From Candidatus Bathyarchaeota archaeon (lineage in GTDB: Archaea > Thermoproteota > Bathyarchaeia > Bathyarchaeales > Bathycorpusculaceae), in assembly GCA_963832745.1 (NCBI GenBank), contig CAWHVC010000005.1, positions 64,001 to 128,000 of the forward strand: a stretch of DNA of 64,000 nucleotides. The letters are read 5' to 3'. Shown piece after piece: positions 1 through 10,098 of this stretch. The notes under the pieces are model-generated. The model did not search any database, was not told the origin of the DNA, and saw nothing but the letters and a program-made list of their open reading frames with translations. Within the stretch, counting starts at the first letter, position 1; each line of letters begins with the position of its first letter. Made by a program: the position numbers and the translations under genes.

Positions 1-298
1 CATGCTGCAGTAAGGTTAACGTTGGCTGCTCAGCATTTGCGTTGCTTAGGCGGTTATTGCAAGGGGGATCCCACGAGTATACGTTGACAATGGCCACATC
101 AAGTCAAAACTCATGTTAAGACTTGAAACCCAAACACCCACAACCACAAAAGCAGCAACAACGGGTTCCCGAATTGCAAGTTTAAGCCTCCCCAAACTTA
201 TCGCGCAACCAGTCAACGCAACCAAACCAGAATTCTTAACGCTTAAAGCAGACGTTTTAAGCGAAGTTGAAATAACATTCAAAACGGTGGTACCATGA
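1..298 (+). CDS. 3' part of a hypothetical protein (runs off the window; apparent frameshift near 45)
   Basis: Joined frames read AAVRLTLAAQHL..AVIARGIPRVYVDNGHIKSKLML...LKADVLSEVEITFKTVVP; stop overlaps next start (ATGA). Confidence 0.45.
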
Positions 299-763
299 GC
301 ACAACAGCAAACGAGAAAAACGCTTTCTTCCTAACAGAAGCTATCCTATCAATCCACAACGAAGTCCAGAGTGCCCTAGACTACATCAGCACAGTCTCAG
401 CAGAGGAAGGCACTGAACTTGGAAAAAGCACCGCCCTGCTAAGCATCGAAAACCTCCGCGTCAAAGTCCCATTAAAATTCAGTATTGAAACAGAAAAAAC
501 CAAACCTGAAACCACCCCAACACGCTCATTAACCCCAGACTGAAGTAGAAGGCTGCCTTAACAAAAAGAACAGGTTTAGTGGTTGAAAGAGACTTAACCA
601 GAAAACTTTAACATTTCAGCAAAGTCAAAATCGCCTTCAAACCTGAAGAAATCCCAACAGCTACAACAACAAGAACCGCAACAACAACCACAAAAACACA
701 GAAACCCAGAAAGAAGAGTGGGGCGAAATCGAAATCACTTTCGCACCAATAAAACGCCAATAA
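295..763 (+). CDS. Hypothetical protein, frameshifted after about 540
   Basis: ORF 295-543 continues in other frames to ...EEWGEIEITFAPIKRQ* (TAA 761-763); C-terminus resembles that of the upstream gene (EVEITF). Confidence 0.45.
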
Positions 764-778
764 AGGCGACAATAACAC

Positions 779-793
779 TTTTTTATTTTTTTA
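779..793 (+). terminator. Oligo-T tract, archaeal-type terminator between convergent genes
   Basis: TTTTTTATTTTTTT just after the stop at 763. Confidence 0.5.
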
Positions 794-1075
794 TTAGAAA
801 CTGAAAAAAGTTCCGGTTAAGAGTTTTCCGAACCATTTATCAAACCAACTGTTAAACATTTCAAGGCATTCATTTCGGTAAGCCGTTTCACCCGATTCTT
901 CACGTATGCAACTGGCAAGCTCTAAATGGTTAAGGATTTCTGCTTTTGCTTCATTCAGGTTAACTTCCATGTCGTCAAGCATGTCGTTGCCACCTGCAGC
1001 GTAATCTTTAACGGAAGCCTGCAAAAACGCTCTTTTTTCTCGAATTAAATCTTCAAGTTTACCCTTTATCGCCAT
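794..1075 (-). CDS. Hypothetical protein
   Basis: 93-aa ATG ORF with upstream AAGGTG; no recognised motif. Confidence 0.5.
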   Translation of the reverse strand: MAIKGKLEDLIREKRAFLQASVKDYAAGGNDMLDDMEVNLNEAKAEILNHLELASCIREESGETAYRNECLEMFNSWFDKWFGKLLTGTFFSF

Positions 1076-1119
1076 TGTTTCAAGGACACCTTTTCAGTCA
1101 TCATAACCAAAATGATTAT

Positions 1120-1512
1120 TTAATTTTTGGTTACCTCGCTGGTTGCTTGCTGCTTGTGTTTTTCAACGTCAATGTCTTTGTTTTTGGATGAACGGAATTG
1201 GTGGTAAATAATTAGAGCCAACGAAATCAGAAGCGCAGCGGCAGCCACAGCAGAGGTAGCTCCAATGATTAGCCATGCTTGCCAAGCGGGAAGGAAAGTT
1301 TCAAGGTACCGAAGTGAACCGATTAGAAAGAACAGGGAAGCAGCACCGATAAGAGAAATTGCCACGGACATCAGGATTGTTGTGGCGATACTGAAAATTA
1401 ATAATTTTTTAAGCCGCTGTTTTAGGGCTGTTTCGGTTTCTTGGAAATATTCTTCTATTGCAGCCTTTACTTCGTTGAGAAGTTGTTTTATAATGTCTTT
1501 TAACGGCGGCAA
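1120..1512 (-). CDS. Two-TM membrane protein, phage holin superfamily III / YqjE-like
   Basis: N-terminal amphipathic helix, two hydrophobic segments, 'LPAWQAWLIIG' motif; RBS GGAGATGA. Confidence 0.6.
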   Translation of the reverse strand: MPPLKDIIKQLLNEVKAAIEEYFQETETALKQRLKKLLIFSIATTILMSVAISLIGAASLFFLIGSLRYLETFLPAWQAWLIIGATSAVAAAALLISLALIIYHQFRSSKNKDIDVEKHKQQATSEVTKN

Positions 1513-1721
1513 AAATTCATCTCCACATATAAAAAACGGCAGGATATAGGTTAGAGGCTAACCTGTTATGTTGACGTATCATGCCTGATATGTAATCAAC
1601 AGAGAGAGGCTCTAAACTGTTTGTGACTGCACAGTTGCAATCACACAAAGCCACATTTAACCAAAAAGTTTGGCGAATAAAAGTTAAAAGACTCATCAAC
1701 TATTTGTAGCAGAATTAACCA

Positions 1722-3329
1722 GTGACCCTTGTGACCCCCAGCATCGACTTAATCATTGCAGCTTTCCTGTTAATGGTGTCTTTAACTGCGGTTATTTCAT
1801 TAAGACTAAAAATTCCTTATACAGTGACACTGGTAATTTTAGGCGTAACAATAACAATTGTTTTAAGCATTCTCGCGTTTGAAGGACCATTCCAAGCGGG
1901 CGCACAATACATAATGGATCAGATACGTTCAGCTTACGCGCAGCTTGTAGCGGGAGAAAACGGAGGCGCATTTGTGGGTCTGATTGTTCCGCCACTGCTT
2001 TTTGAAGCAATGATACATATACGTACAGACGATTTGCGTGCCGTAATCCGTCCAGCCTTGGCATTGGCAACAGTGGGCGTCGTGATAGCAACAGTTGTCG
2101 GCGGCTTATTCTTGTGGCTTATAGTTGGTCTTGAGCCCATGGTTGCATTTTTGTTTTCTGCACTCATAGCGCCAACCGACGTAGTAACTGTGCTTGAAGT
2201 TTTTAAACGTGTAAAGGTACCCTCAAAATTAGCCACACTTCTAAAAACCGAGTCAGCGTTCAACGATGCACCAGCAATCGTCATCTTTACAACTATACTT
2301 GCACTTGCAAGCCGCCAAATAGTAACGCCGATTGATGCTGCCTTCAGCTTTGCCTATGTCATGATTGCGGGAGCGCTTGTTGGGTTAGCGATTGCTTTTG
2401 TAGCTGAAATTCTTTCAAGCTTATTTACTGACCCAGTTGTAGAAACAATTCTTACAGTAGTCGTAGTGTACGGTTCTTACGCGCTTGGAACGGGCATAGG
2501 AGCCTCTGGATTAGTCGCTGTTTCGGCTGCTGGTCTATACTATGGCAGCTACACTATGCGTTCAGCCATGGATCAAAAGGAAAGAGACGCCGTAACCATC
2601 TTTTGGCAAATCGTCGCGTTCATCGGAAACACCGTAGCCTTCCTGATTATCGGTTTTGAAGCAAACCTGCTGGAATTCACGCAATCAATCTTGCTGATTG
2701 CTGCAGCTTTTGCTGCGGTAACCTTAGGAAGAGCCGCCACTGTTTACCCGATACTGCACTTCTTTAAGAAAAAAATTGGCGAAAAAACCTCTACTATTTG
2801 GAGCCATGTGGCATTAATTGGAGGAGCCCGAGGCGCTGTATCCATTGCTTTAGCGGCAACAATCACTGCTTCTGCGGTTATTACTCAAAACGACATAAAC
2901 GTTATCAATACTATGGTTTTCGGTGTGGCGTTTATTTCTATTATGATTCAAATGCCGATGCTTTTTGGTTATGCAAAACGTAAACTCGCTAAATGTGACG
3001 AAGGCAAAGAAGATGAGTTGCATGAAAAATTTGCGGCAATAGAAGCAGCAATTATTGAAGTAAATAAACTAAAAATTGAAGAAAAAATATCGCATATAGA
3101 AGTTGAGAATGAGCTTGAAAAACTCAAAGATGAACTTGACTCCATATTGAACGAGTCTTCAGCGTCGCTTCAAACTAAAAAAATAATTCAGGAAAGAGCC
3201 GCTACCCTCTTTGCATCTATACCAAGAATTTCAAGACCTATCCAGATTCCTCATCAAAGATCAAAAGAAAAAAATAACAAAAAAGAAGAAAAAGAAAACG
3301 CGGCAAACCATCCCCAAAATGAAGCTTAA
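1722..3329 (+). CDS. Na+/H+ antiporter, CPA1 (NhaP) family
   Basis: PPLLFEA, LIAPTDVV, ESAFND and GGARGAVSIALA motifs; many TM segments. Confidence 0.92.
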   Translation: MTLVTPSIDLIIAAFLLMVSLTAVISLRLKIPYTVTLVILGVTITIVLSILAFEGPFQAGAQYIMDQIRSAYAQLVAGENGGAFVGLIVPPLLFEAMIHIRTDDLRAVIRPALALATVGVVIATVVGGLFLWLIVGLEPMVAFLFSALIAPTDVVTVLEVFKRVKVPSKLATLLKTESAFNDAPAIVIFTTILALASRQIVTPIDAAFSFAYVMIAGALVGLAIAFVAEILSSLFTDPVVETILTVVVVYGSYALGTGIGASGLVAVSAAGLYYGSYTMRSAMDQKERDAVTIFWQIVAFIGNTVAFLIIGFEANLLEFTQSILLIAAAFAAVTLGRAATVYPILHFFKKKIGEKTSTIWSHVALIGGARGAVSIALAATITASAVITQNDINVINTMVFGVAFISIMIQMPMLFGYAKRKLAKCDEGKEDELHEKFAAIEAAIIEVNKLKIEEKISHIEVENELEKLKDELDSILNESSASLQTKKIIQERAATLFASIPRISRPIQIPHQRSKEKNNKKEEKENAANHPQNEA

Positions 3330-3533
3330 ATTTTGTATTAATTCATCTTCAAAATCAAAAGGCTTTAAAACCTAATTTTCCATGGTCAACTCTACCTAAA
3401 TGGTCAATAACTTAATATTGTCCACTGTCCTTTTTCGGATAAAAACAAATGAAACTAACCTGTAAAGCTTTGGATTGGAATATTGACCCAATTTTTAAAG
3501 ACAAAGCTTTCATTTATCTGGAGTATAATCAAA

Positions 3534-4787
3534 TTGGAAATTAAAATCCTCGGAGGAGCCAGAGAAGTAGGCGGCTCATGCATATCTGTTGAAACCGATT
3601 CATGCAAGGTTGCCTTAGACTATGGCACTAAACTTGAAGGCGAACCAAAAAAGTTCCCAAAAGATTTTGACGCCGTAATAATTAGTCATGCTCACCTTGA
3701 CCACACAGGCAGCTTGCTAAGTCTATCAAAACATAATCCCACAATCGTTGGCTCCGAAATATCACGAGACGTAACCGTAGACCTGTTACATGACATGGTT
3801 AAAATTCAAAACGAAAAAGGCAACTTGGAATACGAAGATTTTCACGCTGAAAGAATAGGAGAATGCTGGTGGAGCCGCGATTCAATCGCTCTGCCGGGAA
3901 TGAAAATTAATCTTCAATCAGCAGGCCACGTTGCAGGCGCAAAAGTAACTAGCCTTGAAGCTGAAGGAAAAAGAATCATTTACACAGGCGATATTTGCAC
4001 TCATGACACTGAAATATTGCATGGCTGTAAACTTCAAACACTGCCCAAAAGACCAGACGTTTTAATTTCTGAGTCAACTTATGGTGGAAAGGTGCGACCT
4101 CCAAGACGTCAATTGATTGACGAGTTCATGGATGAATTAATTAAAACTATGGATCGTAGAGGAAACGTTTTGATTCCTACTTTTGCGTTTCATCGAAGCC
4201 AAGAAATGGCCAAACGAATCGACACTGCAATAGAAAACGGTTACTTACCACGCTATAACGTTTACACTATTTCTAACCTTGCCCACAGAATCAACGGTTA
4301 CTATAACCACAACAAACCGTTGTTCACAAAAGAAATCCGGCAACAGAAAACACCCTTCAACTATCGACACGTCAAACATCTTTACCGCACAGCCCAAATT
4401 GAAGACCCAGCCATCGTAATATGTACATCTGGTTTTGGACACGCAGGCGCAAGCCTCAGGCTCTTAAAGGATTGGGCAGGTGATAAACGCAACTCAGTTA
4501 TCTTAACCTCGGGTTACTTGCCACCTGATAGCCCATTGAAGACGGCAAAAGAGGAAGGCTTTTTCAAAACAGAAGAGGAAACAGTCATGGTTAATGCGCA
4601 GGTTAAGCAGATTGAGCTTTCAGGTCACGCAGATCAAAATGAGTTAGTTGAGATTGTTAGTAAGCTGAAGCCTTTGCGGACTGTTCTTGTTCATGGTGAT
4701 TTGGAGCAGGCTGAGTTGTTGGCTGAGAAGATTGGTGAGATGACCGATGTTTGCATACCTCAGCAAGATGAAGTTATTGATGTTTAA
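3534..4787 (+). CDS. MBL-fold beta-CASP ribonuclease (CPSF/Ysh1-like, no KH domains)
   Basis: LGGAREVGGS, SHAHLDHTG, AGHVAG, YTGD, ESTYG, LSGHAD, LVHGD; likely TTG start at 3534. Confidence 0.9.
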   Translation: MEIKILGGAREVGGSCISVETDSCKVALDYGTKLEGEPKKFPKDFDAVIISHAHLDHTGSLLSLSKHNPTIVGSEISRDVTVDLLHDMVKIQNEKGNLEYEDFHAERIGECWWSRDSIALPGMKINLQSAGHVAGAKVTSLEAEGKRIIYTGDICTHDTEILHGCKLQTLPKRPDVLISESTYGGKVRPPRRQLIDEFMDELIKTMDRRGNVLIPTFAFHRSQEMAKRIDTAIENGYLPRYNVYTISNLAHRINGYYNHNKPLFTKEIRQQKTPFNYRHVKHLYRTAQIEDPAIVICTSGFGHAGASLRLLKDWAGDKRNSVILTSGYLPPDSPLKTAKEEGFFKTEEETVMVNAQVKQIELSGHADQNELVEIVSKLKPLRTVLVHGDLEQAELLAEKIGEMTDVCIPQQDEVIDV

Positions 4788-4879
4788 TCGCATCATTTTT
4801 CTGTTTTTTCTTTAAATCTTTGTTTTTTCAGGGTTTTTATGTTGTTTTTTTGGTTTGAAACGCAAAGCCTATTAGCAAC

Positions 4880-4895
4880 ATTAGAATATTATAAT
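4880..4895. promoter_or_regulatory. Candidate ArsR-type operator
   Basis: Near-palindrome ATTAGAATATTATAAT; core TTAGAATATT recurs before arsR at 5876. Confidence 0.45.
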
Positions 4896-5004
4896 ATATG
4901 CAGAGATGTGTGGAACCCAAAAACGGAATCCGATACTTGCAAAACATAATGGTTTCACAATCATTTCAAAACAACATAAAAATCAAGGGAGGTAAGAACG
5001 AAAA

Positions 5005-5808
5005 ATGAAAACTTGGAAAATTATAACTATAATCACCCTTGCAACAATAGGAGCAGCACTAATAACCACAGCAGCTTTCGCTTCCGCATACAACCCCTAC
5101 CAAACCATGGTTCCAACCCAAGGCTACCAAGGATGGATGATGAACAACGCAAACACTCCAGCAAGCACCGTGCCAATTAATCAGCCACAAACAAACAGCT
5201 ATGGAGGATACGGTTGCAGAGGACCAGGATACAATAATTACGTTGCACCAGCAGCGCCTTCAACAAACAGCACAAATACAACATCATTAACAATTGAACA
5301 AGCAACACAAGCGGCACAACAATACGTAACAGCCCTAAACAACCCTGACCTCAAATTAGGTCAAATTCAAGAATACACTAACAACTATTATGTTCAAGTT
5401 TACGAATCCAGCACAGGCAACGGAGCTTTTGAACTACTCGTTGACAAATATACAGGAAATGTCTATCCCGAAATGGGACCAAACATGATGTGGAACACTA
5501 AATACACCACAACCACCGGCGTCGCGGGAGTCTTTAACGGAATCGGTGGCATGATGGGTTTCCAAAGAACAACCAACACACCAATGACCTTAACAGTACA
5601 GCAAGCAACAACCAACGCCCAGCAATACCTTAACACTTACTGCCCAGGAGCAACCGTAGGTGACGTAACAGCTTTCCATGGCTACTACAGTGCTGAAGTA
5701 CTTTCAGGCGGTCAACCATACGGAATGCTTAGCGTAAACGGTTACAATGGACAAGTCTGGAATCACACTTGGGATTGCGGTTTTGTGCAAGAGCAGACTG
5801 TCGGTTAA
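5005..5808 (+). CDS. Secreted PepSY-like domain protein with Gly/Met-rich segments
   Basis: Signal peptide; two repeats ending ELLVDKYTGNVYPE and MLSVNGYNGQVW; RBS GGAGGT. Confidence 0.7.
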   Translation: MKTWKIITIITLATIGAALITTAAFASAYNPYQTMVPTQGYQGWMMNNANTPASTVPINQPQTNSYGGYGCRGPGYNNYVAPAAPSTNSTNTTSLTIEQATQAAQQYVTALNNPDLKLGQIQEYTNNYYVQVYESSTGNGAFELLVDKYTGNVYPEMGPNMMWNTKYTTTTGVAGVFNGIGGMMGFQRTTNTPMTLTVQQATTNAQQYLNTYCPGATVGDVTAFHGYYSAEVLSGGQPYGMLSVNGYNGQVWNHTWDCGFVQEQTVG

Positions 5809-5875
5809 ACCGGCAGTACTCCAACATTTATTCTAACTGAAATTTAACAAAGCTTAAAGGGGGAATGTAACAAAG

Positions 5876-5889
5876 TTAGAATATTCGAA
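5876..5889. promoter_or_regulatory. Candidate ArsR autoregulatory operator
   Basis: TTAGAATATTCGAA 11 nt before the arsR ATG. Confidence 0.45.
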
Positions 5890-5900
5890 GGAACCAAGCA

Positions 5901-6242
5901 ATGGCCGAAAAAACCAAAATAGACATGACGGTATACAACATGCAGGCTGAAATATCAAAAACATTGGCCAACCCCTTACGCTTAGCAATACTTCACACTT
6001 TAAAAGAAGGAGAAAAAAACGTTAACGAATTAACCGACATTTTAGGAGCAAGCCAATCAAACCTTTCACAACATTTAGCTTTAATGAGGCAAAAGGGCAT
6101 AGTAGCCACAAGAAAACAAGGCACAAGCATATTCTATCATGTTACTGACCCAAAAATTAACGAAGCATGCGACATTATGCGTGAGCTTTTGTTAAATCAA
6201 CTTAAACATAGGCAGGAACTTGCCAAAAAGTTTCCAACATAA
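5901..6242 (+). CDS. ArsR/SmtB family transcriptional regulator
   Basis: KTLANPLRLAIL...SQSNLSQHLALMRQKGIV..RKQG winged-HTH signature. Confidence 0.92.
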   Translation: MAEKTKIDMTVYNMQAEISKTLANPLRLAILHTLKEGEKNVNELTDILGASQSNLSQHLALMRQKGIVATRKQGTSIFYHVTDPKINEACDIMRELLLNQLKHRQELAKKFPT

Positions 6243-6260
6243 AATCAGAGGTGAAATACA

Positions 6261-6437
6261 ATGTTCTTTTTAGGGTGCGGATGTGGATGCGGTTCTAATC
6301 GCAGCCGAGACAGAAATGAGGATAGAGTTCGAGAGGTTGTACGGGAAGTTGTAGTTATCCCCTGCAAGTACTGCGGCACCCTGTTTCCTCAAACAGCCGT
6401 TTTTTGTCCTCACTGCGGAGCAAAAAGAACCGCCTAA
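6261..6437 (+). CDS. Small zinc-ribbon protein (58 aa), absent from the ORF track
   Basis: MFFLGCGCGCGSNRS...CKYCG...FCPHCGAKRTA*; RBS GAGGTGA. Confidence 0.75.
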   Translation: MFFLGCGCGCGSNRSRDRNEDRVREVVREVVVIPCKYCGTLFPQTAVFCPHCGAKRTA

Positions 6438-6450
6438 CTTTTCAAATTTT

Positions 6451-8370
6451 TTAAATTTTTAGGACAACCCGCCAGGCTTCTTCGAAGGCATTAAAGATTT
6501 TTCTTGGCGCGACACAGTCACCAATAGCATAAACCATCGGGGCAGCACCTGCATATTCTTTTGCATTTTTCGGTTTGAAACCTACCGCTGAAACTACAGT
6601 GTCAGCCTCAACTTCATGCTTTTGCCAAGAAGAATCAGAACAAACAACTTTGCCGCCTTTTATTTCATCCAAATGCCAACCAGTATGCACTTCAATGCAG
6701 GCTTCCATCAGTTTTTGAGTTAACGCCATTTGGCTTACCGGCTCCATGTCAACAAGGATATTGTCAAGCATTTCAACAATAACTGGCTGTTTTTTGAATT
6801 GCTGGGAAATATAAAGGGCTGTTTCAGCACCTACTAATCCGCCTCCGATAATGACGATTTTGTCGCCCACTGCTTGTTTGCCTATCAGTACATCAACGGC
6901 GTTAACGACGTTCATGTTCTCTGTTGGGACCATTAAAGAAACAGGGTCAGATCCACACGCAACTATAACGGCATCAGGGTTTAACGATTTTACTTGGTCA
7001 GGAGTCGCTTCAGTACCCAGTTTTACTTCTACGCCTAACTGGTTAACCTGCCGCAAAAGCCAATTAAAAAGCTGTTTAACGTCCCACTTAAACGCTGGCA
7101 CCGTACTCTCAAGCATGTGACCACCCAAAACCTGATTCTTCTCAAACAAGATTACCTTGTGCCCACGTAACGCTGCTACACGGGCCGCCTCCAAACCTGC
7201 TGGACCACCACCGACGATTACAACGGTTTTCTTGGGATCCGTCGGGGTGATTGCGAAGTCTTTTTCTCTGCCGCATTGGGGGTTAACTTCGCAACGTATT
7301 GCTTGACCAGTGAAAAACCGTGACAAGCAGCCTTCGTTTCCGCGTATGCATGGGCGAATGTCATCTTTTTTGCCTTCCGCCAATTTTTTAGGTATGTATG
7401 GGTCAGCAATTAGAGCGCGTCCAAGAGCAACTAAATCTGCTTTGCCTTCTTTTAACGCCTGCTCACCTTCATCCACATTAAGAGAACCAACCGTTAACAC
7501 TGGAACAGAAACCAGTTTTTTAATTGCCTCCGCGTAAGGAACGAGAAATGCCCTTGGAACATACACTGGCTGAATAAACTCGGGCAACGTCTCGTAAATC
7601 CCAGCGGTAACGTTGAGATAGTCTACGCCTGCGTTTGAAAGCATCCTTGCGAACAGGGCTGTTTCTTCAATGCGCAGTCCACAGGGCATGAACTCGTCTG
7701 CAGACATACGGTAACCCACAACAAAATCTTCACCAACCTTTTCCTTGACTCTTTGAAATGTTTCAAGTGCAAACAAGGCACGGTTTTCAAGTGAGCCGCC
7801 ATAAATGTCGGTGCGTTTGTTTGTTATTGGTGAAAGGAACTGGTCCATAAGGTAACCATGGGCACCGTGAAGTTCCACACCATCCAGCCCCGCCTGCTTT
7901 GCCCGTCTTGCAGCTTCAGCAAATGAATCCTGAATTAAATCAATCTCATCTAAGTCAAGCTCTCGAGGCATAACACCGAGAAATTGGCAGGGAACGGCTG
8001 ACGGCGCAACAGGTTGCAACCCCATCATGTTTGACGTGGTTTGATTGCCTGCATGACAAATCTGCAAGATTGCAGGCGCGCCTTCTGCGTGTATGGCTTC
8101 GGCAAGTTCGCTTAGCCCGGTTATCATGTGGTCGTTTTGGACGCCGAGTTGGCTTATGGCTGCTTTGCTTTCTGCCTCGTCGATAAAGCTGTATTCTAAA
8201 ATTATCATGCCTACGCCGCCTTTGGCTCGTTCAGTGTAGTATTTTATCATTTTTTGTGTAACTGACCCGTCAGGCCGGGCAAGGCGGGTACACATGGGAG
8301 CCATAACAAAACGGTTTTTTAAAGCTAAGTTTTTAAGATTAAAGGGTTCAAGTAATTTCCAATTATCCAA
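6451..8370 (-). CDS. NADH:flavin oxidoreductase (Old Yellow Enzyme + FAD domain; FadH/BaiH-like)
   Basis: NRFVMAPM, ELHGAHGYL, NKRTDIYGGSLENR, Fe-S region CIRGNEGC...C, two GxGxxG motifs. Confidence 0.92.
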   Translation of the reverse strand: MDNWKLLEPFNLKNLALKNRFVMAPMCTRLARPDGSVTQKMIKYYTERAKGGVGMIILEYSFIDEAESKAAISQLGVQNDHMITGLSELAEAIHAEGAPAILQICHAGNQTTSNMMGLQPVAPSAVPCQFLGVMPRELDLDEIDLIQDSFAEAARRAKQAGLDGVELHGAHGYLMDQFLSPITNKRTDIYGGSLENRALFALETFQRVKEKVGEDFVVGYRMSADEFMPCGLRIEETALFARMLSNAGVDYLNVTAGIYETLPEFIQPVYVPRAFLVPYAEAIKKLVSVPVLTVGSLNVDEGEQALKEGKADLVALGRALIADPYIPKKLAEGKKDDIRPCIRGNEGCLSRFFTGQAIRCEVNPQCGREKDFAITPTDPKKTVVIVGGGPAGLEAARVAALRGHKVILFEKNQVLGGHMLESTVPAFKWDVKQLFNWLLRQVNQLGVEVKLGTEATPDQVKSLNPDAVIVACGSDPVSLMVPTENMNVVNAVDVLIGKQAVGDKIVIIGGGLVGAETALYISQQFKKQPVIVEMLDNILVDMEPVSQMALTQKLMEACIEVHTGWHLDEIKGGKVVCSDSSWQKHEVEADTVVSAVGFKPKNAKEYAGAAPMVYAIGDCVAPRKIFNAFEEAWRVVLKI

Positions 8371-8524
8371 CAAAAACACTTCCAGTTTACAAGATAAGAA
8401 AAAGAAATCAATCATTGTTTGATTGGCACAGACTAATAAGAATTTGTGGCTACACTAATGAACAAAAAAGGTTTAGCTTAAAAGAAAGCAAAAAGAAAAA
8501 GAAGATTAGGCAAAGTTTAACCAG

Positions 8525-8749
8525 CTAATTCAGGCGCATCAAGTTAGCCTTGACTTTTTCGGCTAACGGAATACCTAAAGACTTCTCCAAACCCAAATAA
8601 ATGGCGGACGCAAGCTGTGGAATATCAGTTTTTTCCAGTGCCGAAGGTTCCTTACGTAATTGTTGCCTGCAGATTCTGTAAAGAAAGGCTTTAGCAGCTG
8701 GCCCTAAATCTTCGGCCATCACTGCCAAGATTTCTTGTTCCAGTGTCAT
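8525..8749 (-). CDS. Small helical hypothetical protein coupled to the HAMP gene
   Basis: 74 aa; 4-bp overlap with the upstream stop; LGPAAKAFL motif. Confidence 0.7.
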   Translation of the reverse strand: MTLEQEILAVMAEDLGPAAKAFLYRICRQQLRKEPSALEKTDIPQLASAIYLGLEKSLGIPLAEKVKANLMRLN

Positions 8750-9582
8750 TGCGTTGGTTCTGCCCCAGGTTCGTTGATTAATTCTTCTTGTAATCTAAAG
8801 GCGTTAATCATTCGTCTGAAGGCGTCGGTTAATTCGTCAATTTCGTCGCCGGTTTTTAGATTAATGTTTTCTTTGAGGTAATGCCGCTGGGTCATGTCGC
8901 CTAAGCTTACTTTGTGTGCAATTTCAACGAGTTTCTTAAGTGGAAGGGTGATGCGGTTTCCAATGGTTACTGCCAACACGACTGAGATGGCAGCTGTTAC
9001 TCCAATGAACACGACAGCTAGTATTGTGCTGAAAGCTGCATAGTTTTGGGATGCTGTTGTGGCTGCTGCAACGTTGTTCATTGTGATTGTTCTTACTTCT
9101 TGAAGTTTTGTGTCTGCTTGGGAAACTGCGTTCATCAGAACGGTTATTTGTGTCCATGTTTGGGATACTTGTTGGTCACCTGATAGGGAGCTGCTGCTTA
9201 TGATTGAGCTGATTTGTGTGATGGCTGGGTCTATCGTTTGTTTGTCTATGTTTACGACTTCGTTGAATTTTGCTAAAAGGTCGGGGTCATTTGCTAAGTC
9301 GGCTTGCAGGTTTGTTTGGGCTTCTACGATGATTTCTGCACTGTTGACCATTATTTGTTCGCCTTGTTCGGGGCTGTTCATTGTGTACATGATTGTGCCG
9401 AATTGTTTTTGGTCTAATCCTTGGGCGTATGCGTAGGCGTTGTTGTTGATGTCTACTTGTTTGTTTACTTGTGCTTCTAGGTTTTGCATTTGGGATGTGT
9501 TGTATGCAGTGGCTGCTCCTGCCGCTACAAATAGTGCTACTAGTATTAGGTATGAGAGGAGTAGTTTTCGTCTGATTTTCAT
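8746..9582 (-). CDS. Membrane sensor: TM - helical sensor domain - TM - HAMP, no output domain
   Basis: MKIRRKLLLSY start with RBS AGGTGA; ITLPLKKL...GD...DEIDELTDAFRRM HAMP, then stop. Confidence 0.85.
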   Translation of the reverse strand: MKIRRKLLLSYLILVALFVAAGAATAYNTSQMQNLEAQVNKQVDINNNAYAYAQGLDQKQFGTIMYTMNSPEQGEQIMVNSAEIIVEAQTNLQADLANDPDLLAKFNEVVNIDKQTIDPAITQISSIISSSSLSGDQQVSQTWTQITVLMNAVSQADTKLQEVRTITMNNVAAATTASQNYAAFSTILAVVFIGVTAAISVVLAVTIGNRITLPLKKLVEIAHKVSLGDMTQRHYLKENINLKTGDEIDELTDAFRRMINAFRLQEELINEPGAEPTQ

Positions 9583-9690
9583 TTTTTTCACCTTTGAGTG
9601 TAAGCTGAGTATTAAATATTGAGTCTCAATAAACAAATTAATAAAGCTTCGCGCACACATGCCCAACAAAAATACAAAACAAAAAAGAAG

Positions 9691-10098
9691 CTAAAAATTC
9701 TCCCGAACAATCATATCCAAAACAGCATCACAATCAACCGACCTATCCAAAAAAATACTAAGCTGATTCTCACCAACACTCAAACACAAAACACTCAACA
9801 AATCACCCCTCAAAACCACACTATTCAAAGGCCCAGCAGCAGTAGCCTCAAACAATTGAGAAGAAGAATCAAAAATCTCCGAAGACAACAAAGCAAAACC
9901 AAAAACATCCTCAGAAGTACACACATTAAACAGTGCCCTAACCGAATTTTTCAAAATAAAAGCTTCAACCCTATGAACCTTTTGAACCTCAGCAATAATT
10001 AACTGCAAACTATCAAAATCACGCTCAATTTCAACCCTATCATAAGGTACCTCATCGATTCTGAAAGAATCAGAAATTTCAACTGAACCATCAATCAT
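9691..10098 (-). CDS. Roadblock/LC7-like protein
   Basis: Pattern of helix, VEAFIL strand, helix, then SVVLRG-SVLCL-QLSIFL strands. Confidence 0.5.
   Translation of the reverse strand: MIDGSVEISDSFRIDEVPYDRVEIERDFDSLQLIIAEVQKVHRVEAFILKNSVRALFNVCTSEDVFGFALLSSEIFDSSSQLFEATAAGPLNSVVLRGDLLSVLCLSVGENQLSIFLDRSVDCDAVLDMIVRENF

Noticed and set aside
1120-1512. Holin-like gene as evidence of a prophage
   Set aside because: This family is commonly chromosomal and no viral genes are adjacent.
9619-10002. 127-aa + strand ORF
   Set aside because: Antisense shadow of the roadblock-like gene in C/A-skewed sequence.
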